DNA of 64,000 nucleotides. It comes from the human T2T-CHM13v2.0 reference genome, Homo sapiens. The notes beneath the pieces are model-generated. The model did no database searches, was not told the DNA's origin, and saw only the letters and a list, made by a program, of their open reading frames with translations. The first letter of the stretch is position 1. Each line of letters begins with the position of its first letter. Shown here in pieces: positions 39,066 to 53,165 of the stretch. The stretch is from NCBI RefSeq assembly GCF_009914755.1, contig NC_060934.1; one strand, 5' to 3'. The position numbers and the translations under genes were made by a program.

Positions 39066-40222
39066 ATCTGTGTCCGAAGCCTTTTTAATTCATCCTTTGT
39101 GGTTCCTCAGAAGAGGATTCCTCAACCTTGCCTGGGCTGGGGCCTCACCGGGAGCCTGGTCCCCAGGTTATGGACTCCGCCTGAGTTTGATGGGTGTGGG
39201 TGGGAGAAGCCACCCTGAATCCAGACGCAGCACCAGAGGCAGGGCTGCTGCTGTCCCTGCCTCGGCCACACTGCAGGGCTGCTCGGAGGCTCCGCGAGGG
39301 CGTGCCATCCCCTTCCTTCTTTCCTCCCTCTCAAAAATGCCCCTTCGTACCCCCACCCACAGCTCATTCCCACTAAGCACTGTTAAAGGGTTCGCTGCTG
39401 AGGGTCTACAGCTGCATTATTGGCGAATGCCTGGACCCAAAGGCATCGAGACAGTGGGGCTGCATTTGGGGGCAGGGGTCTTCATGGGAGCCCCTGAGTT
39501 CATTCTGTGCCCTTTTGGGGGTTGGGGGACTGCTCCCTGTCTTCAGTGTCTGTGCAATTCAGAAAGTGCTCTCTGGGTGCCACTTCCCTCCACATTAAAT
39601 GGATCTCTAGTTTCCCTGTCTCTGAATCTCTCTTACACACAGAGGCGTGCACACACACACACACACACACGCACACACTCACCAGGACCCCCCCACCTGC
39701 CGCCGTCTTGTTGGACGAGGTGGCAGATTGTGTTATGCTTGTCTGACATGATTCCACTTATGCCTCCCATGGAAAACTCCTTAGGGCAGGGACTTGGTTC
39801 AGCACAATTTCATCTATTATTCAGCAATCTCTGTGTAGCGCTGGTATCTTGTAAGTGATAAATTATTATAATGAAAGAAAATCTTCTTGCCAGTTCATCT
39901 TGGAAAACACAAGATCGACCTCCGGCCGGCATCCTTCACCTCACCCACCAGCCTGTGGACAGCGGCTCTCAGGCCCTCCTGGGCAGGGGTTCCGGCTCTA
40001 CGGCTGACCCTGGTACATGGGCTTTTTACAACCCTGGTTTTCCCCGGATTCTCCTGTCAGGGTGGGATCCCTTTAGAGTGAATTCAAGATCTTGTTTAGG
40101 AAGGTTTGGAAGAAGATGCTGAGAGCACCAGACACCCAGGATGGGATAAAATGCTTTTGATGACAATAATAAGCTCAGATGCCCTCGCAAGTATAACAAA
40201 GCCCAGCTCCTCCTCCGTGCCA

Positions 40223-41672
40223 CATGGTCCCCTCTGTCACCCAGCTCCCCTGGCCCAAGCCACACTCTGTAGGTCTCCTCTCTGGCATGGTCCCCTCTGT
40301 CACCCAGATTCACTCACCCAAGCCACGCTCCATAGGTCTCCTCTCTGGCATGGTCCCCTCTGTCACCCAGATTCACTCACCCAAGCCACCCTCCGTAGGT
40401 CTCCTCTCTGGCATGGTCCCCTCTGTCACCCAGCTCCCCTGGCCCAAGCCACACTCTGTAGGTCTCCTCTCTGGCATGGTCCCCTCTGTCACCCAGCTTC
40501 CCTCGCCCAAGCCACCCTCCATAGGTCTCCTCTCTGGCATGGTCCCCTCTGTCACCCAGCTCCCTTTGCCCAAGCAACCCTCCATAGGTCTCCTCTCTGG
40601 CATGGTCCCCTCTGTCACCCAGATTCACTCACCCAAGCCACCCTCCATAGGTCTCCTCTCTGGCATGGTCCCCTCTGTCACCCAGCTTCCCTCACCCAAG
40701 CCACCCTCCATAGGTCTCCTCTCTGGCATGGTCCCCTCTGTCACCCAGCTCCCTTCGCCAAAGCCACCCTCCATAGGTCTCCTCTCTGGCATGGTCCCCT
40801 CTGTCACCCAGCTTCCCTCACCCAAGCCACCCTCCATAGGTCTCCTCTCTGGCATGGTCCCCTCTGTCACCCAGCTTCCCTCACCCAAGCCACCCTCCAT
40901 AGGTCTCCCCTCTGGCATGGTCCCCTCTGTCACCCAGCTTCCCTTGCCCAAGCCACGCTCCATAGGTCTCCTCTCTGGCATGGTCCCCTCTGTCACTCAG
41001 CTTCCCTCACCCAAGCCACCCTCCATAGGTCTCCTCTCTGGCATGGTCCCCTCTGTCACCCAGCTTCCCTCACCCAAGCCACCCTCCATAGGTCTCCCCT
41101 CTGGCATGGTCCCCTCTGTCACCCAGCTTCCCTCACCCAAGCCACCCTCCATAGGTTTCCTCTCTGGCATGGTCCCCTCTGTCACCCAGCTTCCCTCACC
41201 CAAGCCACCCTCCATAGGTCTCCTCTCTGGCATGGTCCCCTCTGTCACCCAGCTTCCCTCACCCAAGCCACCCTCCATAGGTCTCCTCTCTGGCATGGTC
41301 CCCTCTGTCACCCAGCTTCCCTCGCCCACGCCACCCTCCATAGGTCTCCTCTCTGGCATGGTCCCCTCTGTCACCCAGCTCCCTTCACCCAAGCCACGCT
41401 CCATCGGTCTCCTCTCTGGCATGGTCCCCTCTGTCACCCAGCTCCCTTCGCCCAAGCCACCCTCCATAGGTCTCCTCTCTGGCATGGTCCCCTCTGTCAC
41501 CCAGCTTCCCTCACCCAAGCCACCCTCCATAGGTCTCCTCTCTGGCATGGTCCCCTCTGTCACCCAGCTCCCCTGGCCCAAACCACACTCTGTAGGTCTC
41601 CTCTCTGGCATGGTCCCCTCTGTCACCCAGCTCCCCTTGCCCTAGCCATGCTCCATAGGTCGCCTCTCTGGT
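40223..41672. repeat. 63-bp minisatellite, ~23 copies
   Basis: Unit ggcatggtcccctctgtcacccagcttccctcacccaagccaccctccataggtctcctctct; no indels across the array. Confidence 0.99.
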
Positions 41673-42253
41673 CCAACAGTGTCAGGTGACCATGAGTGCC
41701 CAATACTCTTGAGTTTATTTAAATCATATGAAACATCCTTTAGGTGACTGGTAATTAGAAATACAAGCAATGACAATTTTTTAAAATTTAAATTCCTCAA
41801 GTATGGTCCACTGTACACCATTTCTGCGAAGTAGTAATAAGTGCGGGCTTAAAGAAGCAGAGAGTTCTGTAGTCTCAAGAGTTTAGAAAAGTCTTCTTTG
41901 AATTAATTAATTTATGATTTGGTTTGTTTTTGCTTATAACTGTGGCTCCTCAGCAATATTACTTCTAACGTGACTGCATGGACAAGGTTGATGATGGGCA
42001 ACTTTTTCCAAGTTTATTTGACTTTTACCCTTCTCTCTCTTTTTTCCTAATACAGTGCTTGGTAGAATGGTTTGGGGGAATTTTATAAGAATGAGCCCTT
42101 GAGAGTAGAATTTGATGATATGTGAAGTGCTTCTACATGACATCTTCTGCCCGGCCCATCTCATGGGATTCGGAGAGCTGCAGGACCCATAAGAGCCATC
42201 CAGTCAGCTGCGGCTTGTCCTCCTGATGTACTGACTTAAAAACAAGTCTGTGA

Positions 42254-42578
42254 GGCCGGGTGCAGTGGCTCATGCTTGTAATCCCAGCACTTTGGGAGGC
42301 CGAGGCTGGTAGATCACGAGGTCAGGAGTTCGGGACCAGCCTGGCCAACATAGTGAAACCCTGTCTCTACTAAAAATACAAAAATTAGCCAGGCATGGTG
42401 GCGGGCGCCTGTAATCCCAGCTACTCGGGAGGCTGAGGCAGGAGAATCGCTTAAAATCCAGGAGGCAGAGGTTGCAGGGACCTGAGATCGTGCCACTGCA
42501 CTCCAGCCTGGGTGATAGAGCAAGACTCCATCTCAAAAGAAAATCAAAAAACAAACAAAACAACAACAACAACAAAAA
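42254..42578 (+). mobile_element. AluS (Sg-like)
   Basis: gatcacgaggtcaggagttc; (AAC)n tail; degenerate TSD. Confidence 0.95.
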
Positions 42579-45559
42579 CCACGTCTGCGTGACTGCCTCC
42601 CGGGGCGAGGTAGCATGCCTCCTGTCCACATAGCTGTAGGTTTCTCTCTCCATTTTTCTCCTCAGGTCTTCTGTGGTGGGGCCATTTTCACCTCAAGTCT
42701 CCAAGAGCAGGGCCTTTCCACCCAGTCTGTTGGAAAGGATTTTGGCGTGGGTGTTTGCCGTGAGCAGATGTTGCTAACTCACCATCAAGCGGCCCAATCT
42801 CTCTGAGTGGGCTGAGCAAACACCCTGGCTCCAGCACAGGGCCTCAGACAGACCCTTTGCAGTGGCCTTAGCACTGAGAGAAACGCCCACTCCTCGTTTT
42901 CTTGGCTAAGCAAGGGGCTCCTTTTCAGAATTAACAGTTAAAGCAGCTTAGGCTGCTGGAGCAAGATCAAGAGCCTGTGCTGGAGGACGCTTAAAGAGCC
43001 TCCAGTTTTTCAGCCAGTGGCATGATATCAGGTCCTGTAAGTGGAGACTCGCAGAATTGCACAATCCGGGCTCCCTTCCTCCCACCACTTCGTTGTATCG
43101 GGGCAGAGCAAGGCTTGAAGATGTGTGGCATACCTGTGGTGGGGTGCCATCCACGCATCCAGCACACAGCCGCTGAGCGCCCACCGCCTCCCCCATCTCT
43201 GCTGGGGACCAGGGCTGTGCTGCAGGATCTGAGGAAGTGCAGGAAGCGGTCTTTCCTTAGGGGCTTGGTGGCTCATTCCTAGACCTGCCCGCCCAGCACA
43301 GACAATGCAGGGAGCCAGGTGGCACCTGGGGCGTGGCCTGAATGTCATACGGAAGCTGAGGCTTGGGAACGGTGCACTTATAACATAGCCGAGGTTCCTC
43401 CGCATGGATAATCTTTGAGCTGGCTTTTGGAAAATAAGTAAACATTTGCAAGGCACAGAAAAAGATAAAAACTTTGCCCTCAGAGAACAGATGATGATTA
43501 AATTCAAGAAATGCGCTGAAGAACAGCTTGCCTGCATGGAATTCCTGTGTTGAGAAGAGAGGGTCTCAGAGTACAGCAACAGGGAGACCAGAAAGACCAA
43601 CTGAGCACCCGGCAGTGGCATCAGACAGTATGGTATGGAGGCTAGGCCTCACCCCAGGGCACTGGCTAAGGACGTTCAGAAGGATCAACACATCAATACA
43701 GTCAGATTTGTATTAGAAAAAATAGTGTGGAGGGCGGATGTGGCAGGGGCATCTGCTGGTCGGAACCATGGCTGCCATCAGGGTCAGAGGCTGAGGGCCG
43801 AGGCTCAGCTGTCACCATGAGGCCAGACCCTGGGATTCTTCCCTGTCCTCCCAGTCCAATGCCTTTTCCCTGGAGCCCCATGCAGGCACTGCTTGTTCTG
43901 CACAGACCCCAGAGAGACCAGAGAGAAGTATTCTGCATGGTGCCTGTCTTCACAATTTCTACAATTCAGCCGAGAGACAAAATCCTCCCAGGTGAACCAT
44001 TTTAAAAACATTTGTGCCGGTCATAATGGACTTCAAAGTTGGTTTGTGGGGATCCACAGAGATCAGAGCAGCCCTAGGCCCAGCAGCTTTGGACATCTAC
44101 ATGTTGGAGCCTATGGGGAGAATGAGCTCACTTCCAGGAAAGTAAATGTGCTGTGTTCCACAGCCCGCTGGCCTCGCTCATGCCTTCTGCACTCTCCAGG
44201 TGTGTGCTTCACAGACAGGCTGCTCTGCCTACGGCTTTGTGGTCTGTTTCCACTTGTGGCCAGGTCTCATGGACACCCCTTCATGACTTGTTCACAGAAA
44301 GAGTGAAGGGGGCTCTCTTCATGCTGGTAACCAGCCAGGTGCAAGAGCTGGATGACTGGATTTTGTGGACTGCTGGGTTGCATATATCTTTAGGATGATT
44401 GTCTTCTAAGAACTCATATTCAAAAATGACAATAACATAGTTTGAAGTGGTACTCAATGGCAATGACATTTTTGACAAGGAAAACAGTGATGGGCATCAA
44501 TTGGAACATCATGATTGTTTTTCTTATATCCCATTTACTTGTGGGGAAAAACCAACAAGTTTATCTTGTTTAGGAATAAAATGGCTCAAGTATAAAGAAA
44601 ATCTTCCATGAAGAGGGATCCTTTTGGCCTCCCTGTAAGCATTACTGCTCTATAAATGATTTAATAACACTGATAATGACCATCGGCAGCTAGGAGAATA
44701 AAGTCCGGCACCGGGAGAGAAATGTCACTTAACAAATATTCACGTGCAACCCCCTGCACTAAGAGCTGAGTGAAGCCCCCTGGAGAGGCCCCATCAGGAC
44801 AGAGGCTTGCAGGAGAGATGCTTCCTGGCACAGGCCCTGATCCCTGCAGGGGCTGGGGAGGTGCCGAGGATGGACCCGCTGGCTGAGTGGCTGAGACCAG
44901 GGGAGCACTGCTCAGAATAGGATGAGGGAATCGGTGTCACCCGGCCATGAGCCCCGGGACACAGAGCACAACCGGACAGAAGCACCTCCGGGAAGGCCTG
45001 TGGGGTCCGTGGGGTCTAGTGGGGAAGATGGCAATGTTGACGAAGTGGCAAAGCAAGGGTGTCCCGCAGCAGGAGGGAGAGTGGGAGCAAGCCAGGATTT
45101 ACTGGCACCCGGAGGGTTTAGTCTTTTATTCCATTTCCCGTCACTGGTGCCCAGAGTCTTCTTGGGCAAAAGGGAATGGGGGGGCTTCATCGCCGACTTC
45201 TCTCCACGGTGGGTGGCAGTGTGTGATTGTTAAAGGGAAAGTGAGCCTCCTGCCCAGGAGCCACGAGACTCAAGAAAGTTCACTAGAACTACCGACCACA
45301 GTATTAAGGAATTATGATTATATAGGCACAGAGCATGGAATAATTATACATTATGCTGATGGTGCCTTTCTTTTGAAGAGTTGTAAGCCTTCATTAAAAT
45401 CTTGCAAATGACAGTAATGAAATGAAAATAAAGCCTTTCAAGTGAAGCCCTCTGGGTGTTTTTCTTTTCTCTTTTGGGGGAGGGGGATATGTGTATATAG
45501 CAAAAATGAAGCAGATATTTAGGTGACTATGATTTTTATCATCTTTAAGGCAATTCCCA

Positions 45560-46680
45560 ATTGACAGAGTAAACAGACAACCTACAGAATAGGAGAAATA
45601 CTTGCAAACTTTGCATCTGACATAGGGTCAATACCCAGAATCTACAAGGAGCTCAAACAACTCAACAGAAAAAAAATAACCTCATTAAAAAGTGGGCACA
45701 GGACATGAGCAGACATTTTCAAAAAGAGACATATGAGGGGCCAAGAAACATATGAAAAAATGCTTAACCATCATCACTAACCATCAGAGAAATGCAAATT
45801 AAAACCACAATGGGACATCGTCTCACACCAGTCAGAATGGCAGTTATTAAAAAGTCAATGAACAACAGATGCTGGTGAGCTTGTGAAGCAAAGGGAATGC
45901 TACTATGCTCTTGGTGAGAATGTAAATTAGTATAGCTTCTATTGAAAACAGCTTGGAGATTTTGCAAAGAACTAAAAATAGAACTACCATTCAGTCCAGC
46001 AATCCCACTACTGGATATCTACCCAAAGGGAAAGAAATCATTGTATAAAAAAGATGCTTGCCTTCCTTTGTTTATTGCAGCACTACTCATAATAGCAGAG
46101 CATGGAATCAACCTAAGTGTCCATCAGCAATGCACTGAATAAAGACAATGTGGTACATATACACTGTGGAATACTATGCAGCCATGAAAAAGAAAGAAGT
46201 CATATCTTTTACAGCAACATGGATAGAGCTGGAGACCATTGTCCTAAGAAAAATAACTCAGAGCATGTATCAAATGCCACATGTTCTGACTTGTAAGTAA
46301 GAGCTAAACAGTGAGTACCCATGGATACACTGAGTGGAAAAGTAGACACTGGAGGCTCCACAAGGCAGAGGGCAGAGGTGGGGGCATGAGCTGAAATGTC
46401 ACCTGCTGGGTGCCCTGTTTACAATTCCGGTGGTGGGTGCACCGAGACATTCCCTGCTGGGTGCCCTGCTCACAATTCCAGAGGTGGGTGCACTGGGACA
46501 TCCCCTGCTGGGTGCCCTGCTCACAATTCCAGAGGTGGGTGCACTGAGACATCCCCTGCTGGGTGCCCTGCTCACAATTCCAGAGGTGGGTGCACTAAAC
46601 CCAGACTCCACCACTATCCAATATATGCATGGAAGAAATCTGCAGCTATAGCCCCCAAATCTATAGAAATAAAATAAATG
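45560..46680 (+). mobile_element. L1PB-like 3' end
   Basis: acagagtaaacagacaacctacagaat...atagaactaccattcagtccagcaatcccactactgg...cccccaaatctatagaaataaaataaa. Confidence 0.92.
46402..46597. repeat. 51-bp minisatellite x~4 inside the L1 3'UTR
   Basis: cctgctggg at 46402, 46453, 46504, 46555. Confidence 0.95.
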
Positions 46681-46762
46681 AGGATCATAACTTAAAATAA
46701 CAAAAGCAAGTCCCCACCACCCAGCCTTGCTCAGATGCCCACAGTAGACAAATATCCGTGGA

Positions 46763-46829
46763 GAAACGGGTGGCGATGTGGCCCATTGCTTGGACCGAAA
46801 CGGGTCGGAGATGTGGCCCATTGCTTGGA
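46763..46829. repeat. ~34-bp tandem duplication
   Basis: gaaacgggt..gatgtggcccattgcttgga twice. Confidence 0.85.
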
Positions 46830-47529
46830 GTCCTGATGCTGAGCTACACACAATTCCGGAAGATCCTGACAGCAAGCCCCTGAGAGGAGAGGAGGAAGGA
46901 TCCCTGGGCAGGAGGAGCCCACAGAAGATGCAGAAGGCCCCAGGAGAGCTGGCGTGGGGACACGAAGGAGCTGGCTGTCTGGGGAGCTCTGGGTCAAAGC
47001 TTAAGCAAGCCAGGCAGAGCCCTGGCCCTCTGGTCAGGAGGCAGACTGGAATCCGCAGACAGAAGCGAAGGGATCTCCCAGGCAGGGATCTCACAGCCTG
47101 CGGCACCCAGGCAGGAAGGAGTGAAGCCCAGGGGAGGGAGCGGATGCCCATGAGGTTCCCAACCGGAAGCCCAGGGCCGCGGTGCACACCTGCTGTGTGG
47201 CTGGACAGAGGCGCAGCTGCCGGTGTGTGGTGGCCCCAGGCCCTCAGCTGTTACCATGCAGCCCAGTATTGTAGCTCACAACCAAGAGTGCCATGTTAAC
47301 GGGAGGACTCAAAAGAAATCTTAATTGATAAATTGAGAAAGTGTGTATGTGTTTTGTGAGCTACCAGTGTATCTCAGACGTAAAATTCCAGCTTCCCAGT
47401 TTATGATTGGCACGGGCCATCCTCCCTGCAGCGTTGACTCGCTTGACAAAGAGTTTCAGGGGCTGAGGGGGTGGAAACAAAGATGGAAAGGCCGTGGAGA
47501 ATCTCACTGTTCTATGACCAGGGACTGAC

Positions 47530-47710
47530 CCAGAGGCTTCTGTTTGCTGAGCTGCAAAATGAGGATGATGACGGGTGAAATTCATACAAGAACTGTACAG
47601 ATTAAGTGAGAAACATGTAAAGTGTGTGTCACTTTGACCTGCAAGCATGCAGTGACGACCGGTAGCTGTGAATACTGCCACTGTCATCACTATCATCATT
47701 TCCACGACCA
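47530..47710 (+). mobile_element. MIR remnant
   Basis: ctgcaaaatgaggatgatgac...gattaagtgagaaacatgtaaagtg. Confidence 0.6.
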
Positions 47711-47984
47711 TCTCACATTATGATCCTGTGTACAGGGAAGCACGTATTGGAAATATGGGTTTGGGGAGGGTGTAGTCCTGAAGAGCCGTTAATTAATATT
47801 TTAATACACATTCATGGTACCAGAAAGGACACTAAATTTATGTGGAAGATGCAACCCTCCCAGTTGGACTTTAAATCACAACAGAAAGACAGATTGTGAA
47901 GTGGGTCAGTGAGGGGTTTAGGAAAAAATTCGCACCTGGCCTCTTAAGTATCCCTTCCTCTGTCTGGAAGCCTTTGTGAAACTT

Positions 47985-48288
47985 TGTTTTTTTTCTCTTT
48001 TTGAGACAGGGTGCTGCTCTGTTGCCGAGGCTGGAGTAGAGTACAGTGGTGCTATCACAGCTCACTGGAACCTCTGCCTCCCTAGGCTCAAGTGATTCTC
48101 CTACCTCAGCCTCCCAAGTAGCTAGGACTCCAGGCATGCATCACCACACCTAATTTTTGTATTTTTTTTCTAGAAATGGAGTTTCACCATGTTGCCCTGG
48201 CTGGTCTCAAACACTTGGGCTCCAGAGATCTGAGCACCTAGGCCTCCCAAAGTGCTGGGATTACAGACATGTGCCACTGTGCCCGGCC
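47985..48288 (-). mobile_element. AluJ
   Basis: gagacagggt...atcacagctcactg...ggctcaagtgat...ttgggctc: J-type diagnostics. Confidence 0.93.
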
Positions 48289-48615
48289 TGTGAAATAATT
48301 TGATGACAACAATTGCTTCTACTTTTTAAAAAGTCATGAGGACTCCACGTGACAATGCCAGGTTCACCTGAGGGTAGGCCACATGTGGTATAAATAGTGC
48401 AGAAATGGGAGTGGTGGGAAAAGCAAATCTGCTGGCAGGGAGAAGCTGCAGCCTCAGATGGGCCCATTAGGTGTTTGCCTGGGATGGGGTGCTGAGGCCT
48501 GGCTACACTTAGGGAAACTGGCATTGGCAATACCTTATCCCAGAAACTGCTGGCCTTCATTGCCCGGGTCCAATCCTATTGTTAACACCTGATAGAGGAT
48601 GGATATTAAGATTCA

Positions 48616-48929
<314 letters not shown>

Positions 48930-50861
48930 GATTCAGTGTTACCAGAAAGGACACTAATTTATTATGTAATAGCTGCTCCGACTAGAAGGAGTCCCATTGA
49001 TTTCCACTCTCCCATTCTTCCTATTTGGCAGGGAACTTAACAACAGCACATGTTTGGGCAAATCTATGATTCTCTGAGGCCCCTGTTCCATGGTGATGCT
49101 AAATCCCTCCTCCCAGGTGCATGTGAAAATGGCATTCTATGGTGGAGAGGAAGCAGCCAGCACGCAGCTCCTCAAGGCAGATTAGCTGGTGGGAGCGATG
49201 ATGACGGCGGCCGCAGAAGCAGTGACTCTTGCAGCAGGGCCTTGCTCAGTCTCAGAGGCTGATGCTACGTCTAATTCATGAGAGGAAGTGAGCTCTGAGT
49301 GTGAAGAGCCTGCAGTACTCAGACACAAGTTCAGACAGGTTTGCATTGGCCACAGACCGGCTGCTCAGAACAGAAAGCCAGTTTGCCTGCTCCCGTCCTC
49401 TTTGGAACACCCAACTCCTAAAGTCACAGAGACACCACGTGTGGCTCAGAGACTCAGTGGGAGCTTCCCTAGGTTTTTGTGAAGCCTGTGAGTGGTCACT
49501 GGAGCCCAGGCGTCAATGACCAAGTGGAAGATAGGCCAGGTGGGCCCCCACTGGTGGCCATCGGACAGAATCCAGGTTCGGCTCTGCAGTGTGGGTCTAA
49601 GTTAACTTTTGTCCAGTTTTCTTGCCAGCATGCCCTTCTCACAGTAAACGGTTTCCTGTGCCCTGAAGGAATCTCCCCATCTCAGCCTTGCCAAATGCAT
49701 TCAATTTTCCTGTAACAACATGATTTAAAGCCTACTTTAAAAAATAAACACCGATCTTAGCTATTGTGTCTTAGCCAGAGAGCTGGCCTCACAGGAAAAA
49801 GGCTCATGTCTGTTCCTTTTGCATGAAACTTGGCATGCTGTACACACGTTAGAAACATGTGCTGAGCTGATGAGCAGCTCACCAAAAAGAACCACAAAGC
49901 TGATCGGTGTCCAAGGAACGTTGGTGGGAGAGACGATGTGCTCCTGACGACAGCCACCTGCTCCCCCGAAAGCCAGCATCAGCCGCTGCGGTCTGTGCTC
50001 CGGGGTACTTCCATGCATCTTTCAAAGAAATCTTTAGGAACAGTTGTCACTGCAATCCTTGTGGGTCACAGTGAGAAAAGTTCAGTTTCAATAGAAAACT
50101 AAGCCACAGATAAAACAAAGCAAAAGCAAAAGCATTGAATGTGAGGGGGTCCCATTCCCTTTGTGGAAACCCAGGACTCAGCAGAATTCATGGACGTTCT
50201 TAGTAGAGTCAGCCATCACTACAGCAAGTTCTCCCTCAGAGATGGGACTCTTGGAAGCCACTGGCAGGAGGGCTCATGGGAACCGGTGCGTGTTGGGTGC
50301 TGTGTGCAAACGGAGCAGGGACAGGCTCAGAGGGCCTGAAGCTGGTGGGGAAGTCGCTACCCTACCACCCAGCGATGGCTGGCTGTCCTGCAGTGGGGTC
50401 TGCTGACTCCACATGGGGGACTGACTCCCAGAGACCCTGATGTGGACTTTCAAACTGGCACCTGCTGAATGCACACCACGGGTGGTCAGGCCAGTAGGGT
50501 GGAGGAGCCGCTTCCCGAGGTTCCTTCTGTGCCTGCAGAGGCCTGAGAGCCAGGTCCACTCTGCTTTCAATGCCACTTTTGAGCGCGTTGTGTTTTCCCA
50601 GCGTCTCCCTCCCCACATCAGCAATTCCTCACACCACGCTGAGGGAAGAATGGCTCCCGATGACAGGCCTCCCAAGGAATGGAGGAGGGGAAGCGTGATT
50701 TTTCTCCTTTCCTCATCCCTCCGGCATCCATCGACTCTCCATGATAAATGAGGAGGGCACGACTTCTTTTGTCATTGGAGAAACTGACTCCACATTGCAC
50801 AGCCAGGGAGAGGCTATCCTGGCTATTTCCTCAAGAATGAACCTTGATGGTGGCTGTGCAG

Positions 50862-51441
50862 ATACACACACACATCCACATACATATGCACACACACCTG
50901 TACATACACATCCACACACATATGCACACACACCTGTACATACACACACATCCACACACATATGCACACACACCTGTACATACAGACACACAACACACAC
51001 ACACCTGTACATACACACACATCCACATACATCCACACACATATGCATACACACCTGTACATCCACACACATATGCACATCTGTACATACACACACCTCT
51101 ACATACACACATACACATATCAACACACACACACTTGTACATACACATATGAACACACACCTGTATATACATAGATGCACATCATGCGCACACCTGTACA
51201 CACATGCACACACAGACACACATCAACACGTGCACACACACCAACACACACAACTGTACACACACATACACACATCAATATAAACACACACGCACACACA
51301 CCTATACATACACACAACACAGACACCTGTACACACATACACACAACACACACACCTATACACACACACCTATACACACATAAACACACACACACCTGTA
51401 CACACATTAACACACACACACCTGTACACACATTCACACAT
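50862..51441. repeat. CA-rich degenerate repeat (cacacacctgtacata motif)
   Basis: ~580 bp of imperfect (CA)n with recurring cctgtaca. Confidence 0.95.
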
Positions 51442-52044
51442 GTGGCCGGGGTGGAGCTGGGATGAGGAAGATGGATTCTTCGGACAATTGGTAGGCAGCA
51501 CCCCCGGATGACAGCAGGGCTGTGTCAGGGACGGCCATGGCTATGGCTCTTCCTGGTGCCGCATTGACAAGGGCCAGGAAGCAGCACCGGCTTGGAGCCC
51601 GACCCTGGTAGTCGCTCTGCTCTAAGGACCTTTGCACCTCGAGGTCCTGAGTAGGGCCAGCCCTGCTACCTGGACAGAGATGAGGATCACAGGACTGAAG
51701 ATTTCTGCTTGTGAAAAGGATGTCCCCTAACCTCCTACCCATAGCGTCTGAAATCACCCTGATTAGAACGATTTCCTTGGCCGAAGGAAGGCCTGAGTGT
51801 CACCGAGAGAGCACGAGGTGCCCAGTGCCATGGAGGTTCTCTCTACGCTGCCAGTTGCACTTTTGTGGTTTATGTGACAGCTCACAGTATGTACAGTGGT
51901 CATAAGTCACAGTCACATACAATTTTAGAGCTGTGATCTTTTTTTTTTTTTTACCATTTTCAAATTTTATCGTAAAAAATGGAGTCCTAAAAATTTGATA
52001 ATTTGCTTAGGCACAAACTGTAGTATCAATATACAGTCATATAT

Positions 52045-52374
<330 letters not shown>

Positions 52375-52524
52375 TAGTCAATACTCAGTCATCAATCAGC
52401 ATTTACTATGAATTTTTCAGAAAAATATATTTTTTTCAGCTACTACAGAACCCAGATAAATTCTAGCTCTCAAGGAATGGCCTTATAAAGTATAAACAAT
52501 AAACAGTATTTTCTCCAGAAGTTA

Positions 52525-52700
52525 GTGAATGTCAGAGCCTTTTTTGCATTATCTCATTTTAATCTTTACAAGAATTATTTGATGTCGACCCGACGTTGAC
52601 TGTTTCTAGAAGAAACTGATGTTGAAGGCGTGGGTGTGGCTTCCCTGTGATCTCCAGGCTGGGAACAGGCAGGAAGATTCGACCCAGATCCCTAGAGCCC
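52525..52700 (-). mobile_element. MIR remnant
   Basis: tgcattatctcattttaatctttacaa...agaagaaactga...ggaagattcgacccag. Confidence 0.6.
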
Positions 52701-52929
52701 TGGGTCAGCCCTTCCTGGAAAGGGAGAGGGAGTGGATGGAGAATTACTCCAGGGAGAGGCCAGGCACTGTTTTGTTTGCACTGCCACGGTTTACGTTTTC
52801 ACACCACAATCAGAAATACTGTAGCACAATTTAGGGGTAAAATACAAAGAGCCTGGTTTTGTAGTGTTTTGAATCTTACATCTGCTGTATATTCTCTTTA
52901 CTGTTAACACCAAAAGGAAAGAGCTGCTG

Positions 52930-53165
52930 TGAATCTATTACCTGTAACCGGTCCTTGTCTCCTCTAAGCCTGTTCCTCCTCAACGCATGAGAACGTTACA
53001 ATGAGTTCGTGCATCAACTATAGTGTCTGGTGTATTTTATTTGGTTCTAGATTCAAGGGGCACCCAACCACTTCTCGTGGTAAGTTTGGTGAGGACGTCT
53101 GTGTGCATGAAGCTCTGAGCAATACTACAAGTGTCTCCCAATTTTATCATTTCTGCTATGACGAA
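52930..53165 (+). mobile_element. MIR remnant
   Basis: cctctaagcctgttcctcctca...tgtgcatgaagctctgagca. Confidence 0.4.

Noticed and set aside
39070-39858. 262-aa ORF (also 46399-47187, 36993-37607, 1517-2098)
   Set aside because: No recognisable domain; most cross tandem repeats; lengths expected in GC-rich DNA with permissive start codons
40106-41689. 527-aa and 473-aa ORFs as genes
   Set aside because: Almost wholly tandem repeat; the 527-aa call starts at TTG; no signal peptide, domain or exon context. Kept only as a finding.
43312-43325. CTCF-like matches (also ~7225, ~25146)
   Set aside because: Mismatches at key positions; not supportable without a PWM scan or ChIP data
50713-51465. 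His/Thr and Cys/Val ORFs (also 26.6 kb and 59 kb)
   Set aside because: Translations of CA/TG low-complexity DNA
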